64,000 bases of DNA from NCBI GenBank assembly GCA_963789055.1, contig CAWBJE010000001.1:77215-141214 (forward strand). Reading direction: 5' to 3'. The stretch's first letter is position 1. Each line of letters begins with the position of its first letter. The position numbers and the translations under genes are program-made. The notes under the pieces are model-generated. The model did not search any database. It worked only from the letters and a program-made list of their open reading frames with translations, and was not told the origin of the DNA. Positions 32,574 to 41,517 of this stretch are shown here, one piece after another. The DNA comes from an uncultured Verrucomicrobiae bacterium (GTDB lineage: Bacteria; Verrucomicrobiota; Verrucomicrobiia; Limisphaerales; UBA11358).

Positions 32574-33238
32574 GTCTTGAAATCGCTGTGTTTGACCTTC
32601 TTCATCCGGCGATGCCAGGCCTGGATGCGCTGGTGCCGTTCGGGCAGTTCGTAATGGCCGGAGTAGAGGAAATTTTCGATCATGCCGAACAAATCGAAGT
32701 CCACGAACCGGGGACGGTCTTCGAGGATGAATGGCAGGTGCGTGAGCATCATTTCAAACGGCAACAGGCGTTCTTCGAGCTGCTGAAGCCAGTATTTCTG
32801 GTCGTGGCTCCACTGATTCAGGCAGCCGCGGCCAAACTTGCGCTCCTTGAACCGCAGGAACTGCAATTGATCGGCCGCCGGCACGAATTCCTTCCAGTAA
32901 ATGTCGTTGAGCCGGAACGTTGCACCCTCGATTTCATTTTCAATGCACCGCCAGAGGATGGACTGGACGTCGCACCATTTGTTCGGAAACAGGCCGAGGT
33001 CGAGCTCCTCGTCGAGATATTTGGCGATCACCTGGGAATCGTCGCTGACTTCAAAAACCACGGTCTTGCCGTCCCGGATGATGGGCACGCCGTAGTAGCG
33101 CTGTTTGGTCAATTTCCAGACCAGGGAACGGTCCTGATTGGGGATGTTAATGATTTTAAAGCGGACACCGGCAAATTCCAAGATGCGCCGTTGAACAATG
33201 CAGAACGGGCTCCACGGGAACTGAATCAGTTCAATCAT
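32570..33238 (-). CDS. Glutathione-S-transferase N-domain/glutaredoxin-2-like protein
   Basis: MIELIQFPWSPFCIVQRRILEFAGVRFKIINIP ... YYGVPIIRDGKTVVFE. 4-nt overlap with the phoH-like start. Confidence 0.5.
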   Translation of the reverse strand: MIELIQFPWSPFCIVQRRILEFAGVRFKIINIPNQDRSLVWKLTKQRYYGVPIIRDGKTVVFEVSDDSQVIAKYLDEELDLGLFPNKWCDVQSILWRCIENEIEGATFRLNDIYWKEFVPAADQLQFLRFKERKFGRGCLNQWSHDQKYWLQQLEERLLPFEMMLTHLPFILEDRPRFVDFDLFGMIENFLYSGHYELPERHQRIQAWHRRMKKVKHSDFKT

Positions 33239-33348
33239 GTCAAAAAGTCAAATTGCCCCACCGACACGCGTAATTTAGCTCCTCCGCTCCGCAGTGGCAA
33301 GCATAATCACCACTTTACACTTGCGCGCCGCGGGACTAAAGTCGCCGT

Positions 33349-34017
33349 ATGGCTTCTGATTATGATGCAACGGAGTTTGTGGACACCGACTTTCAAGCGC
33401 AAAAATCGCCTTTCGGCTCGGCCGCGTCCAGCGACCCGCTCCGCGCGCCCACCCGCGACGAGGTGGACCGCAAGGTGGTCGAGGCGCAGCAAAAACTCGC
33501 CGAGTTGAAACGCGCGCAGGAGGACTTGGAGCGCGAACGCGCCGCGCTCGAGGAATTGCGCCGGCGCCAGACGGAATTTCAGACCGGCCGCCAGGAAATG
33601 ATCCACAGTCTTACCCGCGGCCTCGGCCTGCTCGAAGAAGCCGAGTTCAACGCCCGCCGCGACGCCGAGCAAATGGTCAAGACCGTCGCCGATTTCCGCG
33701 ACGCGCTCGACAAAATCCAGGCTATCCACGACGAAACGTGGACGAAGGACAATTTCAGCATCGAACTTACCCGCGCCCTCACCACCATCGAAAACGCGCG
33801 CATGGAATGGAATTCAGCTCGGCTCAAGTTCCCCGTCCTGGAAGGCGAGGCAAAGAAGGAAGCCGGGGCGGAAGAGGCTCCCGCCGCCGCGGCTTCGCCG
33901 TTCGCCGGCATGAGTTTTGGCCAATTGTGCCGGTTCGGTCTGGCGATGACCTGGCCATTGGTGCTGGTCGCCTTTGTCGCGATGGGCGTGCTGATCGCCG
34001 TTTTGATGCGGCGTTGA
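33349..34017 (+). CDS. Coiled-coil protein with a C-terminal TM anchor
   Basis: KVVEAQQKLAELKRAQEDLERERAALEELRRRQ ... C-terminal LAMTWPLVLVAFVAMGVLIAVLM. Confidence 0.45.
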   Translation: MASDYDATEFVDTDFQAQKSPFGSAASSDPLRAPTRDEVDRKVVEAQQKLAELKRAQEDLERERAALEELRRRQTEFQTGRQEMIHSLTRGLGLLEEAEFNARRDAEQMVKTVADFRDALDKIQAIHDETWTKDNFSIELTRALTTIENARMEWNSARLKFPVLEGEAKKEAGAEEAPAAAASPFAGMSFGQLCRFGLAMTWPLVLVAFVAMGVLIAVLMRR

Positions 34018-34026
34018 AATTGTCGT

Positions 34027-34542
34027 ATGGGGCACGCGAAGAAAAAAAACGACCCGATCTCCGACCGTTCGCGCGCCCTCACTGACCAGATTGCCGCGCT
34101 CGAATCCGAAATTAAAAAACTCGACGCGCAACTTCAGCGTGCTCCTGCTCCGGCGCCGCGTCTGCGTTCCACCGCCATTCCGCACGGCGCGACCATCGCC
34201 CGCGCGCCCGAGCCACCACCGCCGCCGTCGCCGCCGGTGCATGAACCGGTTTTTGAGGAAGTAAAACCGCTGTCGGACACCCAAGAAACCGCCGCACCCG
34301 ACCAGTTCAACGAATTGGGTGTGCGCAAATATGATTTGCCCGCGCTGTTCGGCCGCATCCGGAACCATTTCCGCCGTCCGACCACCAGTAATCCACGATT
34401 GGTTACTTACCTGGCTGCCGGCGGCGTGCAGGGGCTGCGACCATTGCGCTATGAAAAACGGGTTGCCCGCAACCGCCTCATCGTGCTCGCCGTCGTGCTA
34501 CTCATCGTGCTGCTGGGCATCCTGGCCGTTTTTCATCGTTAA
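34027..34542 (+). CDS. Hypothetical protein: short coiled coil, Pro-rich region and C-terminal TM anchor
   Basis: IAALESEIKKLDAQL ... PEPPPPPSPP ... LIVLAVVLLIVLLGILAVF. Confidence 0.4.
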   Translation: MGHAKKKNDPISDRSRALTDQIAALESEIKKLDAQLQRAPAPAPRLRSTAIPHGATIARAPEPPPPPSPPVHEPVFEEVKPLSDTQETAAPDQFNELGVRKYDLPALFGRIRNHFRRPTTSNPRLVTYLAAGGVQGLRPLRYEKRVARNRLIVLAVVLLIVLLGILAVFHR

Positions 34543-35164
34543 TGAAAATGGCCTTTGTCGAACTGCCGATTCCCACGCGCGACGGCCAATTTATCGCCCC
34601 CTATTCGGCAAAAGGCCTGGCTGAACTCAATTTCCCGGTGGGGCGCCCGTCCTCCGCAGTAGCACCGCTACGGAGGGTGGAAGCGTACTCGCGAGCCGTC
34701 AGTCGTAGGAGACGAGGTAACGAGTCTCAATCTTTCAAAACCGAAATAGTCAGAGACTCCTTCCGCCTTCGCTTGGCTACGGCGAGACAAGCGCGTCGTC
34801 TCCTACAGGTTAAAATCACCCTCTGGCATCGCGCCACCGCTGCCGCATTGGGAAACGTTCTCGCCGGTCGTTCACCGGGCAAACTGCCGCCGCTGGATTT
34901 GGCCGACGGAACAGAATTTCAACAGAAGGTCTGGAACGCGTTGCGAAAAATTGCTTGGGGCCGGACGAAAAGTTACGGCGAAGTCGCCCGGGCCATCGGC
35001 CAGCCGAAGGCCGTCCGGGCCGTAGGCGGCGCCTGCGGTGCAAACCCGATTCCGGTGTTGGTTCCCTGCCATCGCGTGCTCGCCGCAACGGAAAAATCGG
35101 CGGCTTTGGCGGCGGATTGGATTGGAAACAAAAATTGCTGGCGCGGGAAGGGGTCAAATTTTGA
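34542..35164 (+). pseudogene. ogt: Methylated-DNA--protein-cysteine methyltransferase with an in-frame repeat-derived insert and 1 frame break near 35.09 kb
   Basis: GTEFQQKVWNALRKIAWGRTKSYGEVARAIGQPKAVRAVGGACGANPIPVLVPCHRVLAA (active-site PCHR), then a frame change to NGKIGGFGGGLDWKQKLLAREGVKF (ORF 34955-35164). Confidence 0.8.
34705..34806. repeat. 102-nt nested palindromic element (GTAG...CTAC type) inside ogt
   Basis: Outer inverted repeat GTAGGAGACGA/TCGTCTCCTAC, inner GAGTCTC/GAGACTC. GAGGTAACGAG and CCTTCCGCCT boxes are shared with 15968-16032. The extra non-MGMT-like peptide spans about 34652-34812. Confidence 0.65.
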
Positions 35165-35184
35165 CTCTCCCCGGCGTTGAAACG

Positions 35185-36706
35185 CTTGTCATTACCCACA
35201 TTTTTTCAAACTTGATTTCGCAATTCTGATTAGCAATCTAGTGTGGGCGTAGGCGTTGCTGCGGCGCGCCGGGTTGGTTCCTCACCGGTGGGTTTATGAG
35301 CACAACGCTAATACCGCCGGTTCAGTGGGCACAGAACGAGTTCGCATTTGCTAAACTGGGAGACTCACGTCGTAATAAACGGTTGGTGAAAATTGCTGCT
35401 AATCTGGCCGCCCATCCGGGCGGAACACTGCCGCAAGCCTTTCCGCACTGGGCCGAATTAAAAGCGGCGTATCGTTTCTTTGGGCAAAGCGGAGTCAGCT
35501 TCGAGCGGGTGTTGGCCCCCCACCTGGAACGGACTCGCCAGGCGTGTCGGCAGCCCGGAGAGTATTTGCTCATCGAGGACACGACCCTGCTGGATTATAC
35601 CAACCATCCCGCCACCGAGGATCTGGGAATGATTGGCGATGGCGCCGGACGAGGCTTTGAATTGCATAGTGCATTGGCGGTGCGGATCGAGTCCTGGACA
35701 CTGGAGCAACGACCCGAGGGGATGGTGGTGGGATTATTTGGCCAACAGTGTCGCAGCCCCCGACCCGCGCCGCCCGGTGAGACGCGTGGGCAGCGGTTGA
35801 GTCGCCCCCGCAAATCACAGAGCTGGGCAGCGGCCATCAAATCTGCCGGTCGTCCTGCCGAGGGAAGCCGGTGGATTTACGTGGCGGATCGTGAATCGGA
35901 TTTTTACGAGCCGTTGCAGATTTGCCAGCAGCACGGAGTGGACTTTGTAATCCGGGCTTGCCAGGCCCGACGTTTAGCCGATGGGGCCGGGCATTTATGG
36001 GAGGCGTTGGTCCACGCGCCGGTGCTGGGGCAGAGTACGGTGGAAATGCGGGCTCGGGCTGGCCAGCCTGCGCGCACCGCCAGAGTGGAACTGCGAAGTG
36101 TGTGTGTGGATTTGGATGGGCCATGGCGTCCGGGCGGGTGGCAAGGGCCGCTCAAAGGCGTCGGCGTTGTGGAGCTCACAGAGGTGCAGGCACCCGAAGG
36201 AGTGAAGGAACCGCTGCATTGGATTTTGCTCACCTCGTTGCCATGTGCGACCAAGGCCCAGGCGCAGCAGGCGGTCGGGAGGTATACGGCGCGCTGGTGG
36301 ATTGAAGAGTATCACAAAGCTCTCAAGAGCGGAGCGGCGGTGGAGGAGAGCCAATTAGAGCGAGGGTATCGTTTGGAATCCCTGATTGCGGTGTTGGCCG
36401 TGGTGGCGGTGCGTTTGCTCAGCACCAAATTGCTGGCGCGCAGCCGACCAGAGTCGTTTGAAGCCGCGGCGAGCTTCGGTTCGGAAATGCTGGCGATATT
36501 GGAGAAGAAGTTCGGCCCTCCCGAAGGCGGTTGGACCAATCGAAATGTGATCATTGCTACGGCGCGGCTGGGGGGCTTTCTGGCACGCAAGCATGACGGC
36601 ATGCCGGGCTGGCAAACCATCTGGCGCGGCTGGCAGCGGCTGATGTGGATGTGCGAAGGATTAGAAACTTTCCAACTCAAATGAAAAAAATGTGGGTAAT
36701 GACAAG
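35185..36706 (+). mobile_element. Complete IS4-family (Tn5/IS50-like) insertion sequence
   Basis: Perfect 22-nt terminal inverted repeats CTTGTCATTACCCACATTTTTT. Flanking direct repeat CGTTGAAACG at 35175-35184 and 36707-36716. Confidence 0.9.
35296..36684 (+). CDS. IS4-family DDE transposase
   Basis: 462 aa, intact. YTARWWIEEYHKALKSGAAVEESQL (the Y-R-E-K signature region). A Tn5-type N-terminus with WAQNEFAFAKLGDSRRNKRLVKIA. Confidence 0.9.
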   Translation: MSTTLIPPVQWAQNEFAFAKLGDSRRNKRLVKIAANLAAHPGGTLPQAFPHWAELKAAYRFFGQSGVSFERVLAPHLERTRQACRQPGEYLLIEDTTLLDYTNHPATEDLGMIGDGAGRGFELHSALAVRIESWTLEQRPEGMVVGLFGQQCRSPRPAPPGETRGQRLSRPRKSQSWAAAIKSAGRPAEGSRWIYVADRESDFYEPLQICQQHGVDFVIRACQARRLADGAGHLWEALVHAPVLGQSTVEMRARAGQPARTARVELRSVCVDLDGPWRPGGWQGPLKGVGVVELTEVQAPEGVKEPLHWILLTSLPCATKAQAQQAVGRYTARWWIEEYHKALKSGAAVEESQLERGYRLESLIAVLAVVAVRLLSTKLLARSRPESFEAAASFGSEMLAILEKKFGPPEGGWTNRNVIIATARLGGFLARKHDGMPGWQTIWRGWQRLMWMCEGLETFQLK

Positions 36707-36753
36707 CGTTGAAACGCCGGGCTATTGTCGGTCGTCGCTCTGCGACTGCAATT

Positions 36754-37747
36754 TCAACCCGCCGTCAGCCGGATGATGTCGCGCAACGGCGTGCGCGGAC
36801 GGAACTTCACGAAGCGTTCGAGCTTTTTCACCTGCGGTTTGCGCCGGCGCATGTCGTCAAATTCCGGCGCGCCGCTGGCGCCGAAACTTTTGGGGACCGG
36901 CCCATAAGCCCCGGCATACGGCACGAGCTGAATCTTCGATTTCGAACCCAGCGTTTTCACTACCAGCCGCGCCAGTTCCAGAATGCTGACTTCTTCCGTG
37001 CCGCCGACGTTGAAGATTTCGCCGCGCGCCTTTTGGCAACGCTGCAGCCGTACCAGCGCCTCCACCGCGTCGCACACGTGGCAGAAACAGCGCGTCTGTT
37101 TGCCATCGCCGAAAACTTTCAGCGGTTCTCCTTTTTTCGCCGCGGCAATGAACCGGGGCAGCACCATGCCGTAGCGGCCGGTCTGGCGCGGACCGACGGT
37201 GTTGAACAGCCGGGCAATGATGACCGGCAGCGATTTTTCCCGCGCATAAGCCAGCGCCAGGAATTCGTCGGTGAGCTTCGAGCAGGCGTAACTCCAGCGC
37301 GATTGCCCGGGCGGGCCGATGAGCAAATCGTCGTCCTCGCTGAACTCCGGTTTCGGCGTTCTTGCCATAAACTTCCGAGGTGGAGGTCAGCAACAGCGGC
37401 GTGCGCCGGACCGCGGCGGCCCGCAACAGAATCTGCGTCTCAAGGAAACTTGATTCCAGCACACTCAACGCGGATTTTACCACCAGTTCCACGCCCACCG
37501 TCGCCGCCAGGTGAAAAATGAATTCCGCGTTCGCCGCCAGCTTCGGCAATTCGCGGCAGGCGGAGATTTTCGATTGGATCACCCGCAGCCGCGGATGCGA
37601 CCTGACGGCGCGCAAATTTTTCAGATTGCCCGTGGAAAGATCGTCAATCACGACAACCGTTTTATTATCGTTGAGGAGACGTTCAACCAAATGCGATCCA
37701 ATGAACCCCGCACCCCCGGTCACCAAAATTGGCTTTGCCCTTTTCAT
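36754..37747 (-). pseudogene. NAD-dependent sugar-nucleotide epimerase/decarboxylase (UDP-glucuronate decarboxylase-like); 1 frame break near 37.36 kb
   Basis: ILVTGGAGFIGSHLVERLL ... FHLAATVGV ... STSEVYGK (36857-37747) continues as SRWSYACSKLTDEFLALAYA ... FNTVGPRQ (36754-37368). Confidence 0.8.
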
Positions 37748-38847
37748 TTCAGAGCATCAGCAACAGCTTGCGCAAGTTTCTGCCGGAATTCGGGATTGGC
37801 AATTTGTCTGGCTTCATGCGGGTTGGAGAGATAGCCGCCTTCGATGAGCACGGCTGGACACTGCTGCCGGTGCAGCACGCCGATGTACCGGACGCGGCGC
37901 ACGCCGCGGTCGTCCTCGCCGCTCGCCCGCAGCAGAGCAGTGTGCAATCGCACGGCCAGTTGCAGATTCTGCGCGTCAAAATAATTGTTGGGGAAATATT
38001 GTGTCCAGATGTCGGCGTAGTTGCGCGTCACGCTGGACGGCATTCCCGCCGGGGTGGAACAATAGGTTTCGAGGCCGGCGATGTTCCGGTCGCGGTCGGG
38101 CGTGGAGTTGAAATGCAGGCTGATGAAAATGCCGGCATGATGCGCCACGGCAAAATCCACGCGATTGGACAGGGCAATGTCCACGTCGTTGGTCCGGGTC
38201 AGAAAAACCTGCCAGCCGTTCGCTTCCAGCAACGGGGCGAGCCGCAATGCCCAGTCCAGCGTGAATTCCTTTTCAAACCGGCCATCCGCGACGCTGTGTG
38301 TGCCCACGTTCGCCCCGCCATGGCCGGGATCAATCACAATGACCCGGTTGCCAAACGTCAACGGCGGCCCGAACAGCAGCGGTTCAAGGTTTTTCTGCAA
38401 ATCCAGGCCATGAACGAAAACCTGGTCGTCAATGAATTGCGGGGCGAAACCGAGCTGGACTTCAACGCCGTTCCAGGCGGCCTCGCGGCTGCCGATGTCC
38501 AGAACCATCGTGCCGTTCGCCGTTCCGACAGTGTAAGCCGCCGTGGGCGCGCGGGACACCAATCGCGGCCCGCCGATTTTATTCTCGGCGGCCCACCGGT
38601 CGAGCGAAGTCCACGTCGTCACCGGCGCAACCGGCATCGGACGCGGCCGGGCCACTGGCAGGTACGAACGGGGCGTGGGGAAAGGCTGGACCTTATTCGG
38701 GGCAGTCCAGTTCAACGCCGCCGCTTCAGGACCGGTCATGGCCGGCTGCGACGTAATAACTTCTTCCGGTGCATTGGCTTTGGGATTGGACGCGCACCCC
38801 GCCAGCAGGATCGCCGCAACAAATACGATGGCCGATGACTTGAACAC
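37744..38847 (-). CDS. N-acetylmuramoyl-L-alanine amidase (Amidase_3), lipoprotein-like
   Basis: MFKSSAIVFVAAILLAGC lipobox. VIVIDPGHGGANVG ... IFISLHFNS ... AVLIEGGYLSNPHEA. Confidence 0.8.
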   Translation of the reverse strand: MFKSSAIVFVAAILLAGCASNPKANAPEEVITSQPAMTGPEAAALNWTAPNKVQPFPTPRSYLPVARPRPMPVAPVTTWTSLDRWAAENKIGGPRLVSRAPTAAYTVGTANGTMVLDIGSREAAWNGVEVQLGFAPQFIDDQVFVHGLDLQKNLEPLLFGPPLTFGNRVIVIDPGHGGANVGTHSVADGRFEKEFTLDWALRLAPLLEANGWQVFLTRTNDVDIALSNRVDFAVAHHAGIFISLHFNSTPDRDRNIAGLETYCSTPAGMPSSVTRNYADIWTQYFPNNYFDAQNLQLAVRLHTALLRASGEDDRGVRRVRYIGVLHRQQCPAVLIEGGYLSNPHEARQIANPEFRQKLAQAVADALK

Positions 38848-38897
38848 ACCGCCATTGTGCGGATGAGCGCACCGGACTCAAGCTGTTTCATTCATTT

Positions 38898-38971
38898 ATG
38901 ATTTATGATTTACGATTGATGATTTTCTCCCGGCGATTGATTGGCCAAATCGTAAATCATCAATCATCAAT
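38898..38971. repeat. Hairpin whose arms are tandem ATGATTT-like heptamers
   Basis: ATGATTTATGATTTACGATT ... AATCGTAAATCATCAATCAT. About 20 of 21 positions pair, with a loop of about 30 nt. It lies in the divergent amidase/ubiX spacer. Confidence 0.55.
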
Positions 38972-39029
38972 CCGCCGGTGAATCTTGTTGGCTTGCCGCG
39001 AGTGAACCGTGCCGCCATGATTTGGGACA

Positions 39030-39587
39030 ATGAAAATACTGGTCGCCATCACCGGAGCCAGCGGCGCGCTTTACGCGCAGCGGCTGCTCGACAATCTCGA
39101 CCCGCGTGCTCATGAAATCCACGTCGTGCTGAGCAATTACGCGCCACAGGTCATCGCCGAAGAATTGCCTGGCGGTCTGCGCCTGCCCGACGACGCGAAA
39201 ATGCACAACGTCAAAAGCATGAACGCGCCGTTTGCCAGCGGCTCGAACCCGCCGGACGCCATGGTCATCATTCCCTGCACCATGGGCTCGCTGGGCCGCA
39301 TCGCGCACGGGTACAGCGAAGACGTGTTGCTGCGCGCGGCGGACGTTGTGTTGAAAGAACGGAAAAAACTGATTCTCGTCCCGCGCGAGACGCCGTTGAG
39401 CCTGGTGCACGTCAAAAACATGGAACTGCTGCTACAGGCCGGCGCGGTGATTCTGCCGGCCAATCCCAGTTTTTATTCCGGCGCGAAAACGATTGAGCAA
39501 CTGGCTGATACCGTCGTTGCGCGGGTGCTGGACCATTTGGGGATTGAAAATCGACTGGCGCCGCGATGGAGCGAAGAAAAAGAGTAA
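39030..39587 (+). CDS. ubiX: Flavin prenyltransferase
   Basis: MKILVAITGASGALYAQRLL ... MVIIPCTMGSLGRIAHGYSEDVLLRAADVVLKERKKLILVPRETPL. Confidence 0.9.
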   Translation: MKILVAITGASGALYAQRLLDNLDPRAHEIHVVLSNYAPQVIAEELPGGLRLPDDAKMHNVKSMNAPFASGSNPPDAMVIIPCTMGSLGRIAHGYSEDVLLRAADVVLKERKKLILVPRETPLSLVHVKNMELLLQAGAVILPANPSFYSGAKTIEQLADTVVARVLDHLGIENRLAPRWSEEKE

Positions 39588-40120
39588 CCACGGATGAACA
39601 CGGATGGACACGGATGAAAAATCATTACGACGGCGGAGGGACACCAATGCGCCAGCGGCAGATGGCCAGCAAGACGAGGAACTCGCAAAGCACAGGCAGA
39701 AACGCCCAGAAGAACAGGCTAAATGTGAATTGCCCTTCCTCGCTGTTCCAACCGCTGGAAATGACGATGTAAGTGAACCAAACACCTGTGATCACCAGGA
39801 AGAGGCCGGTGAATCGAGTGGTGATCGTGCAGAGACGACGCGCCCGCGGACCGGCGAGAAGACAGGCGATGGCGGCCAATCCACTGAAAGCAAACACTGC
39901 AAAGTAGCTGATTATCACCAGATCTCCAATGCACGACGATATGTCCATGAACCAAGCATAAGCATGCCAAGACAAATCACAAAATTGAAAAAAATGAGGG
40001 CCGCGTTGAGTAAAACGATGCAACCCACACCAGTGCGACCCAGACGGTGCGCACGAAGTGACGCGTCCTACCGATTGATAATTTTCCCCTATCCGTGTCC
40101 ATCTGCGTACATCCGTGGTT
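39586..40120. repeat. 535-bp unit bounded by 30-nt CACGGATG-type inverted repeats, inserted between ubiX and ubiA
   Basis: Left AACCACGGATGAACACGGATGGACACGGAT (39586-). Right ATCCGTGTCCATCTGCGTACATCCGTGGTT (-40120). 27 of 30 positions are complementary. The interior is lower in GC by eye. Confidence 0.6.
39625..40023 (-). CDS. Small hypothetical 4-TM membrane protein carried inside the IR-bounded unit
   Basis: 132-aa ORF with hydrophobic runs LVIISYFAVFAFSGLAAIACLL, GLFLVITGVWFTYIVI and FSLFFWAFLPVLCEFLVLLAI. The start is uncertain (possibly MDISS at 39946). Confidence 0.4.
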   Translation of the reverse strand: MHRFTQRGPHFFQFCDLSWHAYAWFMDISSCIGDLVIISYFAVFAFSGLAAIACLLAGPRARRLCTITTRFTGLFLVITGVWFTYIVISSGWNSEEGQFTFSLFFWAFLPVLCEFLVLLAICRWRIGVPPPS

Positions 40121-40124
40121 AAAA

Positions 40125-41081
40125 ATGTTTTTCTTGATTAAAAAATGGGGTTCGTTCGTGCGTTTCTCGCACACGGCCTTCGCCCTGCCGTTCGCCCTGG
40201 CGGCCATGGCCGTGGCCGCGCGGGACAACCGCGGCTGGCCGGGCTGGCGGACATTCGGGCTGATTCTCACCGCCATGGTCTGCGCCCGTACCTGCGCCAT
40301 GAGCTTCAATCGCATCGTGGACCGCAAATTCGACGCGCTGAATCCGCGCACGGCCAATCGCCATCTGCCTGCCGGCCGGATTTCGCTGTTCAGCGCCTGG
40401 ACGCTCTGTCTGTTGAGCGCCACGGGTTTGGTGACGGTGAGCTATCTTCTTAATCCGCTGTGTTTTTATTTATCGCCGGTCGCGCTGGCGGTGATTTGTT
40501 TTTATTCGCTGACAAAGCGATTCACGAATTACACGCACATTTTCCTCGGGCTAAGTCTCGCGCTCGCGCCCGTCGGCGCATGGCTGGCCGTGAAAGGGGA
40601 ATTCGGATTTCAACCGCCGCCGGCAGATATTTTTTCTTCTTCTGAAGCCGCTTGGGCTTGGTTTGATTCGATGCGAGTCGGATTACAACCGATTGTTCTC
40701 GCCCTCGCAGTCGTGTTGTGGCTGGTAGGCTTTGACATCATTTACTCGCTACAGGACTACGAATTCGACAAGGCGCACGGGTTGCACTCGCTCGTGGTGG
40801 CGTGGGGACAAAAAAACGCCCTGCAAGCCGCGTTTCTCGCCCACATGGTCATGTGCGGCTTGCTCCTCGCGTTCGGCCTGCTCTGTCGGTTTCGCATCGC
40901 GTATCTTGTCGGGTGGCTGATTATCGTCGGTTGTCTGGTGTTGGAACATTGGATTGCGCGCCGACGCAGTCTGAACTGGATCAATCTCGCGTTCTTCCGG
41001 CTCAATACCGTCGTAAGCGCCGTGTTTCTGGCGGTGACGGTGGCGGAAGTGGTGTTTCAGGGCGGGTTTCGGCTGCGTTGA
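40125..41081 (+). CDS. ubiA: 4-hydroxybenzoate polyprenyltransferase-family (UbiA) prenyltransferase
   Basis: VRFSHTAFALPFALAAMAVA ... ARTCAMSFNRIVDRKFDALNPRTANR ... GFDIIYSLQDYEFDKAHGLHSL. Track ORF is 40095-41081; start chosen at ATG 40125. Confidence 0.85.
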   Translation: MFFLIKKWGSFVRFSHTAFALPFALAAMAVAARDNRGWPGWRTFGLILTAMVCARTCAMSFNRIVDRKFDALNPRTANRHLPAGRISLFSAWTLCLLSATGLVTVSYLLNPLCFYLSPVALAVICFYSLTKRFTNYTHIFLGLSLALAPVGAWLAVKGEFGFQPPPADIFSSSEAAWAWFDSMRVGLQPIVLALAVVLWLVGFDIIYSLQDYEFDKAHGLHSLVVAWGQKNALQAAFLAHMVMCGLLLAFGLLCRFRIAYLVGWLIIVGCLVLEHWIARRRSLNWINLAFFRLNTVVSAVFLAVTVAEVVFQGGFRLR

Positions 41082-41090
41082 ATCAACAGT

Positions 41091-41435
41091 TCAACCACCC
41101 ATCCGGGTCAGGTTCTGCTGCTCGTCGTGGTTTGGGGTAATTTGCGCGGAAGGCGGACCCGCGGGCAAGTCCAGCGGAAGCTTGGATTGGCCGTCTCCGA
41201 TTTTAATCGTCAGGTATTTCTTGCCGTCGGCGGTCTGCGCAACATCCACTTGCAAGGGGTGGGCATCCTTTTCCACGTAATAGGCAAACAAGCCTTGCTC
41301 AATGGACTCAATGGCCTGCTCCTGTGTGTGCATCCATTGCATTCTCCTTGATTCGCCACCGATATGCCGGATGCGTTCGTGCACTTCCCCCCGGTCAGAC
41401 TTATCAACCCATTTCACTTGTAGTAAAATGGCCAT
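41091..41435 (-). CDS. DUF3892-like small protein
   Basis: VHERIRHIGGESRRMQWMHTQEQAIESIEQGLFAYYVEKDAHPLQVDVAQTADGKKYLTIKIGD. This fits my recollection of the DUF3892 pattern. Confidence 0.5.
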   Translation of the reverse strand: MAILLQVKWVDKSDRGEVHERIRHIGGESRRMQWMHTQEQAIESIEQGLFAYYVEKDAHPLQVDVAQTADGKKYLTIKIGDGQSKLPLDLPAGPPSAQITPNHDEQQNLTRMGG

Positions 41436-41517
41436 AAAAAATTCCTCTGTACAAAATTTACGAATTCGACTTTACACCTTTTGTTAGACCGGGAAATGTA
41501 TCGCAACGTTCAAGATT

